Shown piece after piece: positions 29,417 through 39,344 of a stretch of DNA of 64,000 nt. A model generated the notes under the pieces. That model saw only the letters and a program-made list of their open reading frames with translations, was not told the DNA's origin and did no database searches. The position numbers were made by a program, and so were the translations under genes. The stretch is from sequence record KJ019146.1; one strand, 5' to 3'. Each line of letters opens with the position of its first letter. The stretch's first letter is position 1.

Positions 29417-31066
29417 ATGGGTAATCTACACAAATGGTTTTCAGGTTCCAAGTCCAAAGACGGCAAGTCTGGATGGGTGAATGTAAAAACTGGTGGTACC
29501 TGTGCAAGTGATGAACCCGGAGAGGGCACACCTAAGTGTGTGTCTTCATCTAAAAGAGATAGTATGACTAAATCCGAAAGGGAGTCTGCTTCCAGTAGAA
29601 AGAAAGCTGCTGATCCTGGACAACAACAGAAGTCCGGTGCAGCTAAACCAACTTACGTATCTACCGACAAACCTAAGAAGATGAAGAAAGAACAGTTTTC
29701 TAATTGGAGGGATAACTACGTAGCCACTGAGCACGAGTTCATCGATCTCATCAAACCAGAACCTATGGTAGGCATTTCAGAAACCAAGGAAGGTCAGATG
29801 AAAGCTGGTAGGGAGCAGTATAAGAAAGAGAAGGAGGAAGGTCGTTATGGTGGAACCAAACCTTCCAATGAGAAAGTCGCAAAACTCATGAAGAAACTGA
29901 AGGAGGAGACCAAGCAAGATGGTCCCGAACCTACAACGAAACAGACTCGTGGTGCTATGAAGAATATTCGTAGTAAAATGAATACTGCAAGTCACAAAGA
30001 CCCAGATAAGAAGAAGACAAAGCAAGAACTAGCTTTCCAAAAGGCTAGAGCTAAGGCTTGGGGTATGAGTGAAGGTAAGGAGTCAGAAAGAAAGGATGCG
30101 ATGCCCGAGGGTGACGTTGGTCATGAGATTCATAAGAAAGCAGTTGCCCAATACAACAAACAGAACCCTAGTAAGAAGGTGAAGGAGGAGGTAGAAATCT
30201 CCGAAGAAGATAAGAAGGGTTCAGGTAGTGGTAAGAAAGACTCCTGTTACAATAAGGTGAAGGCTTCTGCTAAAGTATGGCCATCAGCTTATGCTTCTGG
30301 TCGTTTAGTTCAGTGCCGTAAGAAAGGTGCTGACAGCTATGGTAAATCCACTAAGACTGAAGAGTGGAAGCCTGATCCCACTGAGAAACGTGAAAAGAAA
30401 GCTGCTAAGCTAGGTAGGGATGAAGAGATCGAGAAAGGCAAGTCCAAGAAATATGGACGCGATGAATCCAAGATTGACAAACTCTACAAGCGTCGTATGG
30501 CTGTTCAGTTCAAAAAGAAAATGAGTGAGGAAAGACTAGACGAACTCAAGTGTTGGAAAGGTTACAAGCGTAAGAAGGGTTCTACACCTGGTGCTCCTGG
30601 TTCCTGTGTGAAAGAAGGTTTCTCCAGTTGGAGAGACGACCTTGACCTTATGGAAGGTGTTGCAGCTTGGCAACGTAAGTTTGTTTCTGAAGAATCCAAA
30701 AGAGAACTTCAGATTCTTGCTTCGAAGGGTGACAAGGCAGCCATGAAGAAACTTCATCAACTTCGTGCCGATGGTAAGATTGGTAAAGAACCTGGTTTTG
30801 AACCTAAGAGAGATCTTCCTGAAGGTGCAGCATGGACACGTAAAGAGGGAAAGAATAAAGCCGGGGGGCTTAATGAGAAGGGACGTAAGTCTTACGAACG
30901 AGAGAACCCCGGCAGTGACCTCAAAGCACCACAACCTGAGGGTGGTAGTCGCAAGAAGTCATTCTGTGCTAGAATGGGCGGAATGAAGAAGAAACTAACC
31001 TCTTCCAAGACCGCTAACGATCCCGATTCAAGAATCAATAAGTCACTAAGAAAATGGAACTGCTGA
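29417..31066 (+). CDS. Modular K/E-rich protein, putative internal head protein
   Basis: Series of short basic modules (GNLHKWF..SKDGKSGWV; KDSCY.KVK....WPSAYASG.LVQCRKKG; CWKGY; GAAWTRKEGKN..GGLN...SLRKWNC) separated by Glu-ending linkers. Confidence 0.7.
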   Translation: MGNLHKWFSGSKSKDGKSGWVNVKTGGTCASDEPGEGTPKCVSSSKRDSMTKSERESASSRKKAADPGQQQKSGAAKPTYVSTDKPKKMKKEQFSNWRDNYVATEHEFIDLIKPEPMVGISETKEGQMKAGREQYKKEKEEGRYGGTKPSNEKVAKLMKKLKEETKQDGPEPTTKQTRGAMKNIRSKMNTASHKDPDKKKTKQELAFQKARAKAWGMSEGKESERKDAMPEGDVGHEIHKKAVAQYNKQNPSKKVKEEVEISEEDKKGSGSGKKDSCYNKVKASAKVWPSAYASGRLVQCRKKGADSYGKSTKTEEWKPDPTEKREKKAAKLGRDEEIEKGKSKKYGRDESKIDKLYKRRMAVQFKKKMSEERLDELKCWKGYKRKKGSTPGAPGSCVKEGFSSWRDDLDLMEGVAAWQRKFVSEESKRELQILASKGDKAAMKKLHQLRADGKIGKEPGFEPKRDLPEGAAWTRKEGKNKAGGLNEKGRKSYERENPGSDLKAPQPEGGSRKKSFCARMGGMKKKLTSSKTANDPDSRINKSLRKWNC

Positions 31067-31170
31067 GAACCGCCCTGTCCCACACTTGGGTAGTGGGAAT
31101 TTTGTCATACTTACTGGTAACAATTCCGGTTATTGGAATTGATATAATCCACAGACAAGAAAACAACTAA
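31054..31170 (+). CDS. 38-aa single-pass membrane peptide (not in ORF track)
   Basis: Hand translation MELLRTALSHTWVVGILSYLLVTIPVIGIDIIHRQENN*; overlaps the upstream stop and ends 2 nt before the next ATG. Confidence 0.65.
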   Translation: MELLRTALSHTWVVGILSYLLVTIPVIGIDIIHRQENN

Positions 31171-31172
31171 CA

Positions 31173-32384
31173 ATGTCTATCCTAACTCACACTAATAATA
31201 ACTACGAAAGGTACGATGAGGACAATGTTCTAGCGTCACCTCAGCCTGCATTTAGGAGTGAGAGTATGGATGCAGTTGGTTGGACTAATTTTACCTGGAA
31301 AGATTTTGATGGTGATTATGTCAAGACTCTAGTGGGTGGTGGTATAACTTCTATTAATGAGTATGTGAAGAGAGACGTAGATAATAATATAGTCACTCAA
31401 CCCCAATACATCAGGCACGATATAGACAATAACCCAGTAGGTAGTTTGAATCCACTAGAAATTGTAGGTGTTGGTAATATCACAGCACCTAACGGATTTG
31501 CTGTCGGTAGGGATATGGCTGGTCAGGTTGCTGGTTATCAGGGTGGTACTGAACCCATCACTGTTGAAGGTCAGTTACAGAAACAAGAAACCCCTGGTGG
31601 TGCTTGGATTGGTATTAGTCCTTGGACGGCAGTTGATACTGCAGTAAAAGAAATAGACTCTTCTTTGGTGGGAGCTAAACTTCGTATTTCTACTAGAATT
31701 CAAGATGCCATAATCGCTCCATCATATCTCACTACCAATACTCCTGCTTCGGATGTTGTTGTTGGTGAGATGACTCCCGATGTGAAAGGTACTCTTACTT
31801 CTAGTGGAGTGGACCCTGCATATCCAGGAGATGTACTTACTCAGACAGAAGGCACTATAACCGGTGGTATCGCTCCATTTACTAAGTCATATCAATGGTT
31901 TAGAAGAGAAACTGGCACCACGAATGCGTATGCATTCTTTGGTGCTCCAGATGGATTGACTTATACTATTCAGTATAGTGATATTGGTTATGATGTTAAA
32001 GCAAGAACTAGGTGGCAAGATTCATATAACTATCTTAGAACCGTCGGTACGATTCCAAACCACATTGAGGTTATAGCAGAACCACTAGAATTGGTATCAA
32101 AGGGAACTCTCGATGGAGTTGGTCAGTCAGGCACAGTCCTAACACAAACTGCAGCAGTATTCAGTGGTGGTGTTCCCCCATTCACTTATAGATATGAATG
32201 GGTTAGGAGAGTGACTGGTGAGTCTGGATTCTTCGAGTTTGGTGCTCCAGATGGTCTTCAGTATATTATTAGGTCTTCTGATATCGGTTATGATATTAGA
32301 GGAAGAACCGAAATCTTTGACTCCCTAGGAAATTCGAAGAGTAGTAGTTCTACTATTCCTGGAGATGTTTCAGTAACATCATAA
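31173..32384 (+). CDS. Putative virion surface protein with tandem Ig-like domains
   Basis: Two internal repeats (G.VLTQT....GG..PFT..Y.W.RR.......FGAPDGL.Y.I..SDIGYD...RT) plus an earlier degenerate copy (YQGGTEPITVEGQLQK). Confidence 0.7.
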   Translation: MSILTHTNNNYERYDEDNVLASPQPAFRSESMDAVGWTNFTWKDFDGDYVKTLVGGGITSINEYVKRDVDNNIVTQPQYIRHDIDNNPVGSLNPLEIVGVGNITAPNGFAVGRDMAGQVAGYQGGTEPITVEGQLQKQETPGGAWIGISPWTAVDTAVKEIDSSLVGAKLRISTRIQDAIIAPSYLTTNTPASDVVVGEMTPDVKGTLTSSGVDPAYPGDVLTQTEGTITGGIAPFTKSYQWFRRETGTTNAYAFFGAPDGLTYTIQYSDIGYDVKARTRWQDSYNYLRTVGTIPNHIEVIAEPLELVSKGTLDGVGQSGTVLTQTAAVFSGGVPPFTYRYEWVRRVTGESGFFEFGAPDGLQYIIRSSDIGYDIRGRTEIFDSLGNSKSSSSTIPGDVSVTS

Positions 32385-32413
32385 CCCCTACATAAGGTAG
32401 GTATAATATTATT

Positions 32414-34060
32414 ATGGCGGATACTAAGTATCTTGGGAATCCAAACCTGAAGAAGGCGAACGTTGCTGTCAACTTCACTTTGGAACAGGTGAAGGAGTAT
32501 GTTAGATGTAAAGAAGACCCAATCTTTTTTGCCAGGAACTACATTAAGATTGTGTCCCTGGACCATGGTCTTGTGCCATTTAAGTTGTATGATTTCCAGG
32601 AAGACTTAGTTAGAAGTTTCCATGAGAAGAGATTTACTATCTGTAAGATGCCTAGACAGACAGGTAAGTCTACAACCTGTGTGGCGTTTCTTCTCCACTA
32701 CTTGGTATTCAATGATAATGTCAACGTCGGTATCCTAGCAAACAAAGCAGCAACTGCTAGAGAGATTCTAGGACGACTACAGATTGCATATGAAAACTTA
32801 CCGTCGTGGATGCAACACGGTATTGTTTCTTGGAATAAAGGTTCAGTGGAGTTGGAGAATGGCAGTAAGATATTGGCAGCTTCTACGTCTGCAAGTGCTG
32901 TCCGAGGTATGTCTTTTAATATCATCTTCCTCGATGAATTTGCGTTCGTTCAGAACAATATTGCAGAGCAGTTCTTTGCCTCTGTTTATCCTACTATTAC
33001 TTCTGGTAAATCAACGAAAGTAATCATCGTTTCCACGCCACATGGTATGAACCACTTCTACCGAATGTGGCATGATGCTGAGAGGGGTATAAATGAGTAC
33101 AATCCAATTGAAGTTCACTGGTCTCAGGTACCGGGAAGAGACTCCATATGGAAAGAACAAACTATTAAGAACACTTCTGCTGAACAGTTCAAGGTTGAGT
33201 TTGAGTGTGAATTCATTGGTTCTGTTGATACTTTGATTGCTCCATCTGTTCTCAGGGCGATGGAATACAGAGAACCAATTAGGAAGCAAAAGAGTTTAGA
33301 TATATTCTACGAACCAGAAAAAGATAACATCTATGTAATCACCGTAGATGTCGCCAGAGGGGTCGGAAAGGATTACTCTGCCTTTGTGGTGTTTGATGTC
33401 ACAAAGTTCCCCTACAAGGTCGTGGCGAAGTATAGAGACAACGAAATCAAGCCAATGGTATTCCCCAGTATCATTGAGAGGGTGGCAAAGTCATATAATA
33501 GGGCGTGGTGTCTTATTGAGGTGAATGATATTGGTGACCAAGTTGCCTCTATCCTAAACTATGATTTGGAGTATCCCAACCTCATGATGTGTGCTATGAG
33601 AGGTAGGGCTGGTCAGCAACTAGGTGCGGGTTTCAGTGGGTCCAAGACTCAGTTGGGTGTGAAGATGAGTGTTGCCACCAAGAAACTAGGTTGCTCCAAC
33701 CTCAAGACTCTGGTGGAGGAAACTAAACTAATCTTTGAAGACTACAATATTGTTCAGGAACTGACGACCTTTATTCAAAAGAACAACTCATTCCAAGCGG
33801 AAGAGGGGTGTAATGATGACTTGGCTATGTGCTTGGTTATCTTCTCTTGGGTAGTGGCTCAGGACTACTTCAAAGAGATGACTAACAATGATGTGAGAAA
33901 GGAGATATACAATGAAAAGGAGAACCAGATTGAACAGGATATGTCACCATTTGGTTTCTTCTCTGACGGAACTGAAGAGGGTACCTTTGTAGATAATAGT
34001 GGGGACGTGTGGCACACTGATGAATATGGGGATATGAGCCACATGTGGGAATATATGTAG
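32414..34060 (+). CDS. gp17: Terminase large subunit gp17
   Basis: YLGNPNLKKAN start, PRQTGKST Walker A, IIFLDEFAFV Walker B, DVARGVGKDYS nuclease motif; no intein seen. Confidence 0.98.
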   Translation: MADTKYLGNPNLKKANVAVNFTLEQVKEYVRCKEDPIFFARNYIKIVSLDHGLVPFKLYDFQEDLVRSFHEKRFTICKMPRQTGKSTTCVAFLLHYLVFNDNVNVGILANKAATAREILGRLQIAYENLPSWMQHGIVSWNKGSVELENGSKILAASTSASAVRGMSFNIIFLDEFAFVQNNIAEQFFASVYPTITSGKSTKVIIVSTPHGMNHFYRMWHDAERGINEYNPIEVHWSQVPGRDSIWKEQTIKNTSAEQFKVEFECEFIGSVDTLIAPSVLRAMEYREPIRKQKSLDIFYEPEKDNIYVITVDVARGVGKDYSAFVVFDVTKFPYKVVAKYRDNEIKPMVFPSIIERVAKSYNRAWCLIEVNDIGDQVASILNYDLEYPNLMMCAMRGRAGQQLGAGFSGSKTQLGVKMSVATKKLGCSNLKTLVEETKLIFEDYNIVQELTTFIQKNNSFQAEEGCNDDLAMCLVIFSWVVAQDYFKEMTNNDVRKEIYNEKENQIEQDMSPFGFFSDGTEEGTFVDNSGDVWHTDEYGDMSHMWEYM

Positions 34061-34078
34061 TTCTAAAATACATATTTC

Positions 34079-34086
34079 TATAAATA
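34079..34086 (+). promoter_or_regulatory. T4-type late promoter TATAAATA
   Basis: Exact consensus upstream of gp18. Confidence 0.88.
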
Positions 34087-34128
34087 TTTCTAGATTAATT
34101 TCGGACTTTCAAAAGGGAGAACCAAAAG

Positions 34129-36324
34129 ATGCCAGTAAACTTAGCATCGCCCGGAATTGTCGTAAGAGAGGTGGACCTTACCCTAGGTAATGTACAGACT
34201 TCTACGGACAAGACCGGCGCAATTGTTGCCTCTTTCGCAAGAGGACCTGTTGATAAGCCAACCCTAATCGCAAGCGAGAACGAGCTTCTCGATGTCTTCG
34301 GACAACCCTCATCTACTGATAGGCAGTATGAAGGATGGCTATCCATTTCTTCTTATTTGTCATATGGCGGTATTATGCAGGTTGTTCGTTCTGACAACGA
34401 GAAACTCAATAATAGCTTTGTGGGCACGGCCAGCAGCATTAAAATTAAAAGCTTAGAGGATTATAACGATCTAGCTTATGATGAGAACCAGATTCCTGGT
34501 GTCACGGTAGCATCCAGAAACCCAGGATCCTGGGCAAACGGTATTAAGGTAGCGTTTATTGATGGTAAAGCTGACCAATATGTCAGTTCAGTGGGTCTTG
34601 GCACTTCAGCCACTTCTTCCATTGCTCTAGGACAGGGTGTAATTCAAACTATCAGCAAAGTTGCTGCTGGTGCGGGCACTACACAATTAGTAGAAGGAGA
34701 CCTTAAGGGTATTATTACTGGAGTAAACACCTCCACGGATCAACTAGAAGTTAAAGTCCTTTCATTCACTCCCTCAACTGGTTCGAACGCAGGCGTACAA
34801 TTCGAAGTTGATTATCAACAGGGTGGTACTTGGTCGTTTGTAACTGGACTCTTCCAGGTATATTCTAACGTAGGTCTAGTGACCTCAGTAGTAGCCGGTG
34901 GAGCATCAGATTGGTTTGATGATCAAACTATCTCCGTTCAAGGTGGTAGAACAACAGTTAATTGGAACTCCCTAGCCAACAGACCAACCACAACTGAGTT
35001 CGCAAGAACTAGAAACGCTCGTTTCGATGAATTCCACATTGTCATTTTTGATGACACAGGTGATGTTACTGGTAATGCCGGTACCATTCTAGAGAAGAAT
35101 ATTGGAATGTCCAAGGGTACAGATGCTGAGTTCTCAGCTGGTACTCCTTCTTACTGGAGAAAGTATCTAGCTAACACTTCTTCTTATCTCTTTGGTGGAT
35201 CATCCCCAGTTGGTGTTGTTACAACTTCCTTTGAGCCCGATAACGGTAATGGTTTCGTTCCTGAAACTGGCGGTGAGTGGGATCAACAGACCCGTAATAA
35301 GAACTTCTATTCCTGTGGTAACCTAGCGGTAACTATGGAGGGTGGTAAGAACTACGACGGTGGAACTGATATCGATGCAATCGGTGCGTTAAGAGTAGAT
35401 GTTGGTGATATCGCAGCAGGTTACGACAACTTTGAGTCCGATGACGAGACTGATATTGATTTCCTAATTATGGGATCAGCAGCCTACAACGAACCTGAAA
35501 CTCAGTCACTAGCTAACAAGATCATCTCGATCGCAGAACTACGTAAGGACGCTATGGCGTTCATTTCACCTTACAGAGGTTCTCAAATTACTGATTCTGG
35601 ATCAGGTGCTCAGGTTACTATCAACTCTAACAAGATTACTGATAACCTAATCAGTTTCTACTCAACTGTAGCTTCTTCCAGTTACGCCGTATTGGACACT
35701 GGTTACAAGTACATGTATGATAGGTTCGCAGACAAGTTCAGATATGTTCCTATGAACGGGGACATCGCTGGATGTTGTGCAAGAACCGATCAAGTAGCTT
35801 TCCCTTGGTTCTCACCAGCAGGAACTACAAGAGGAGCAATCCTCAATGGTGTAAGACTAGCTTACAACCCAACACAACAACAGAGAGATCGCCTCTACTC
35901 CGCTAGAATCAATCCTGTCATCTTCGCTAATGATGTTGGTGGTATTGTTCTCTTCGGTGATAAGACAGCCCTATCAGCCTCCTCCGCTTTCGATAGAATC
36001 AACGTTCGTCGTTTGTTTATCTACGTAGAAGACGCTGTTAGTTCAGCCGCCAAGGATCAACTCTTTGAATTTAACGATGAAGTTACTAGAACTAACTTCG
36101 TGAATATTGTAGAACCCTTCCTTCGTGATGTTCAAGCGAAAAGAGGTATTACAGACTTCATTGTAGTTTGTGACGAAACCAATAACACACCTGCTGTTGT
36201 TGATAGAAACGAGTTCGTCGCTGACATCTTCATCAAACCAACCCGTTCCATTAACTTCATCGGTCTAACGTTTGTTGCTACTCGCACTGGCGTAAGTTTC
36301 GAAGAGGTTGTTGGTACTGTTTAA
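34129..36324 (+). CDS. gp18: Tail sheath protein gp18
   Basis: LASPGIVVREVDLT, PWFSPAG..RG, FDRINVRRLF, FIKPTRSINFI.LTFVATRTGVSFEEV motifs. Confidence 0.98.
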   Translation: MPVNLASPGIVVREVDLTLGNVQTSTDKTGAIVASFARGPVDKPTLIASENELLDVFGQPSSTDRQYEGWLSISSYLSYGGIMQVVRSDNEKLNNSFVGTASSIKIKSLEDYNDLAYDENQIPGVTVASRNPGSWANGIKVAFIDGKADQYVSSVGLGTSATSSIALGQGVIQTISKVAAGAGTTQLVEGDLKGIITGVNTSTDQLEVKVLSFTPSTGSNAGVQFEVDYQQGGTWSFVTGLFQVYSNVGLVTSVVAGGASDWFDDQTISVQGGRTTVNWNSLANRPTTTEFARTRNARFDEFHIVIFDDTGDVTGNAGTILEKNIGMSKGTDAEFSAGTPSYWRKYLANTSSYLFGGSSPVGVVTTSFEPDNGNGFVPETGGEWDQQTRNKNFYSCGNLAVTMEGGKNYDGGTDIDAIGALRVDVGDIAAGYDNFESDDETDIDFLIMGSAAYNEPETQSLANKIISIAELRKDAMAFISPYRGSQITDSGSGAQVTINSNKITDNLISFYSTVASSSYAVLDTGYKYMYDRFADKFRYVPMNGDIAGCCARTDQVAFPWFSPAGTTRGAILNGVRLAYNPTQQQRDRLYSARINPVIFANDVGGIVLFGDKTALSASSAFDRINVRRLFIYVEDAVSSAAKDQLFEFNDEVTRTNFVNIVEPFLRDVQAKRGITDFIVVCDETNNTPAVVDRNEFVADIFIKPTRSINFIGLTFVATRTGVSFEEVVGTV

Positions 36325-36364
36325 TTCACTTCTACCTAAACAAATTTTCAAGGAGCAACCCTAA

Positions 36365-36961
36365 ATGGCAAGCACAAGATCTCAGGTAGAGTCCCCAGTA
36401 TTGAGGACGCTGAGTGACTTTAAAGCAAAAATGACTGGTGGCGGTGCCCGCCCCAATCTATTTGAAGTCGTTCTTCAGTTCCCAATCTCAGCACCTACCG
36501 ATACCGATACACTACAGAAAACACGTTTCTTAGTTAAGGCAGCTGCACTCCCCGCTTCAAACATTGGTCCCATCGAAGTTCCCTTCCGTGGTCGTGTTTT
36601 GAAACTAGCAGGTGACAGAACTTTCGATACCTGGACTATTACAGTTCTAAACGACACGGATTTCTCAATTCGTTCAGCGTTCGAGAAGTGGATGAACTCC
36701 ATGAATCGTATGGAAGACGCAACTGGTACTCAGGATCCAGCTTTCTATCAGTCAGACGCATATGTCTATCAGTTAGACAGAGATGGTTCAACTCTACGTA
36801 CCTATCGTTTCCACGACGTGTTCCCCAATAACCTATCTTCTATGGATCTCAACTATGAGACCACAGATCAAATCCACGAATTCACAGTGGAAATGCAGGT
36901 TCAGTGGTGGGAAGCAATCAGAGGAACCGGACGTAACGCCGGTGGTGAAGATATCTTCTAA
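36365..36961 (+). CDS. gp19: Tail tube protein gp19
   Basis: GGGARPNLFEV, LPASNIGPIEVPFRGRVLKLAGDRTFDTWTITVLND motifs. Confidence 0.97.
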   Translation: MASTRSQVESPVLRTLSDFKAKMTGGGARPNLFEVVLQFPISAPTDTDTLQKTRFLVKAAALPASNIGPIEVPFRGRVLKLAGDRTFDTWTITVLNDTDFSIRSAFEKWMNSMNRMEDATGTQDPAFYQSDAYVYQLDRDGSTLRTYRFHDVFPNNLSSMDLNYETTDQIHEFTVEMQVQWWEAIRGTGRNAGGEDIF

Positions 36962-36976
36962 ACCCAGTTCAGTACA

Positions 36977-37007
36977 AGAGACCTCCTCAAAAAGGGGGTC
37001 TTTTTTT
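36977..37007 (+). terminator. Intrinsic terminator after gp19
   Basis: AGAGACCTCCT-caaaa-AGGGGGTCT stem followed by a T run. Confidence 0.85.
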
Positions 37008-37012
37008 ATGCG

Positions 37013-37019
37013 CTAAATA
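37013..37019 (+). promoter_or_regulatory. Late promoter variant CTAAATA
   Basis: Just downstream of the gp19 terminator, upstream of gp20. Confidence 0.6.
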
Positions 37020-37069
37020 TATTCACGGGTCGTACCCATACATGTTATTATAGGAAGAAAATACTCGTT

Positions 37070-38830
37070 ATGGGAAGGTTATTCGGTTTTTCAATTGAAG
37101 AAGATGACATCCAACGCCCTGGATCGATAAGTCCGGTTCCCGAAAACAACCAGGATGGTGTAGATTACTATGCCTCTGGTGGTGCGTTTGGTTCTTCTTA
37201 TGTTGATATTGAAGGTGTATTTAGAACAGAGTATGATCTGATTCGTAGATACAGAGAAATGGCACTCTACCCCGAAGTGGATTGTGCGGTAGAAGATATT
37301 GTCAATGAAGCAATTGTTAGTGACTTATATGAATCACCAGTTCAGATTGAACTCAGTAATGTAGAAGCTAGTGAGAAAGTAAAGAATATTATTCGTGATG
37401 AGTTCAAATACATCAAGGAGATGTTGGACTTTGATAAGAGAGCACACGAGATTTTCCGTAACTGGTATATCGACGGTCGTATGCACTACCTGAAGGTTAT
37501 CGACTTCGAGAGACCTCAAGATGGTATTATGGATCTACGATATATTGATCCTATGAAGATCAAGTTTGTTCGTAAGATCAATAATAAGGCACAAAATAGT
37601 CCTATTGCAAGTAAGGTACTAACACTAAACAATACTGGAGCACAGATTCCTAACGGTAGAAACGATGCTTTCAGTGCTGGTATTGATGAGTATTATGTTT
37701 ATACTCCTGGCGCATCTACTGGTGGTTGTGGAACTGCTGGTATGGCAGTTGGTAACTCAGCACAATCATCCATCAAGATTGCTAAAGATTCAATTGCCTA
37801 CTGTAACTCTGGTCTAGTTGATAGGAACGCACAGACAGTTTTGTCCTGGATTCACAAGGCAATCAAAGCGGCCAATCAACTCCGTATGATTGAAGACTCT
37901 ATTGTTATCTACAGACTATCAAGAGCACCAGAAAGAAGAATCTTCTATATTGATGTTGGTAATCTACCCAAAGTAAAGGCAGAGCAATACCTACACCAGG
38001 TGATGCAGAGATATAGAAATAAGATGACGTATAACGCATCTACTGGTGAGATGAAGAGTGATAAGAAAGTACTTTCTATGTTGGAAGACTTCTGGTTGCC
38101 TAGAAGAGAAGGTGGTAGAGGAACAGAAATCTCTACACTTCCCGGTGGTCAGAACCTAGGTGAGATCAGTGACCTAGAGTATTTTAGGAATAGACTATAT
38201 GATTCCCTAAACGTACCTCGTTCCAGACAACCTGGTTCCAGCGATGGTTTTAGTTTGGGACGTTCCAGTGAAATTCTAAGGGATGAAGTTAAGTTCTCCA
38301 AGTTCGTAGCTAGACTCCGTAAGAGATTTGCTGGTCTATTCAATGATATCCTAAAGACTCAACTGATTCTCAAGAATATCATTACTCCCGAAGATTGGGA
38401 GATGTTAAAGGATAACATCCAGTATGATTTCCTCTATGACAACCATTTTGCCGAACTCAAAGATACTGAACTTATGCAGGAGAGATTCAATCTCCTAGCA
38501 CAGGCAGAACCTTATATCGGTAAGTATTATTCCCAACAGTATATCAGAACTAAAATCCTCCGTCAAACTGACGGTGAGATGGTAGAGGAAGATAAGCAAA
38601 TTGAGAAAGAAATTGAGAGTGGGGCTATTCCAGATCCCGCTCTTATTGATCCTATTACTGGGGAACAAATGATTCCTGGTGGTGAATCTCCACCTGTTCC
38701 AGGAGAAGATCAACCTCAAGATGGTGTTGGTGGTAAAGCCGAAATGGGAGCCCCTATTCAAGATAATGATGTAAAGGTTAACATTGATCGGTCTACCAAA
38801 ATGCCTGAAAAGGGATTAGGTGAAATCTAA
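37070..38830 (+). CDS. gp20: Portal protein gp20
   Basis: WYIDGR, IYRLSRAPERRIFYIDVGNLPK.KAEQYL, MLEDFWLPRREGGRGTEISTLPGGQNLG motifs. Confidence 0.98.
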   Translation: MGRLFGFSIEEDDIQRPGSISPVPENNQDGVDYYASGGAFGSSYVDIEGVFRTEYDLIRRYREMALYPEVDCAVEDIVNEAIVSDLYESPVQIELSNVEASEKVKNIIRDEFKYIKEMLDFDKRAHEIFRNWYIDGRMHYLKVIDFERPQDGIMDLRYIDPMKIKFVRKINNKAQNSPIASKVLTLNNTGAQIPNGRNDAFSAGIDEYYVYTPGASTGGCGTAGMAVGNSAQSSIKIAKDSIAYCNSGLVDRNAQTVLSWIHKAIKAANQLRMIEDSIVIYRLSRAPERRIFYIDVGNLPKVKAEQYLHQVMQRYRNKMTYNASTGEMKSDKKVLSMLEDFWLPRREGGRGTEISTLPGGQNLGEISDLEYFRNRLYDSLNVPRSRQPGSSDGFSLGRSSEILRDEVKFSKFVARLRKRFAGLFNDILKTQLILKNIITPEDWEMLKDNIQYDFLYDNHFAELKDTELMQERFNLLAQAEPYIGKYYSQQYIRTKILRQTDGEMVEEDKQIEKEIESGAIPDPALIDPITGEQMIPGGESPPVPGEDQPQDGVGGKAEMGAPIQDNDVKVNIDRSTKMPEKGLGEI

Positions 38831-38834
38831 ACCT

Positions 38835-38842
38835 AATAAATA
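38835..38842 (+). promoter_or_regulatory. Late promoter AATAAATA
   Basis: NATAAATA form in the gap after gp20. Confidence 0.65.
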
Positions 38843-38861
38843 AAACATATATCTTTTTATT

Positions 38862-39089
38862 ATGGAAATCGACACATCGGTTGTGGATGCCATTGTGAGT
38901 GGTGAAACACCCGCAGGTATTACACAATCCATTAAGGATCTTCTGTATGCAAAAGCAAGCGAAAGGGTTGATACCTATCGTGATGTAGTAGCAGACAGAA
39001 TGTTTGGTGGTTCCGAAGTTCCCGAAGGGGAAACAGAAGAACCAGTAGCCGAACTTGAGAGTGATGAGGAAGGGGTAGAAGAAGAGTGA
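38862..39089 (+). CDS. Small acidic protein at the T4 gp67 (prohead core) position
   Basis: 75 aa, IKDLLYAKASERVD motif, acidic tail; synteny gp20-x-x-gp21. Confidence 0.7.
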   Translation: MEIDTSVVDAIVSGETPAGITQSIKDLLYAKASERVDTYRDVVADRMFGGSEVPEGETEEPVAELESDEEGVEEE

Positions 39090-39343
39090 TTAAGATTGTA
39101 TTCTCCGAGGTTGATAGTCCAACGGACTCTGACCAGGCAATCAGTCTCAATAACTCTAGTGGTGTTAGGGCAATTAATTGTTCTAAAAAACCATATCTAC
39201 TTCACCTAATCGATAACACAAGTGGAGAGACTAGATCACTTACATTAGTGAGTAATGAAAGTCTTATCCTCAAAAAACACAGTTACGATAAGGTATATGC
39301 TTCATCGAAAACTGTTCGTATCGCTGGAGTAAGCATCTACTAA
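39086..39343 (+). CDS. Small hypothetical protein upstream of gp21
   Basis: 85 aa, overlaps the upstream stop (GTGA); synteny. Confidence 0.65.
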   Translation: MIKIVFSEVDSPTDSDQAISLNNSSGVRAINCSKKPYLLHLIDNTSGETRSLTLVSNESLILKKHSYDKVYASSKTVRIAGVSIY

Positions 39344-39344
39344 C

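Noticed and set aside
32402-32416. TATAAT 6 nt before the gp17 ATG as a leaderless promoter
   Set aside because: No -35 or extended TG, AT-rich context, and gp17 is normally a late gene.
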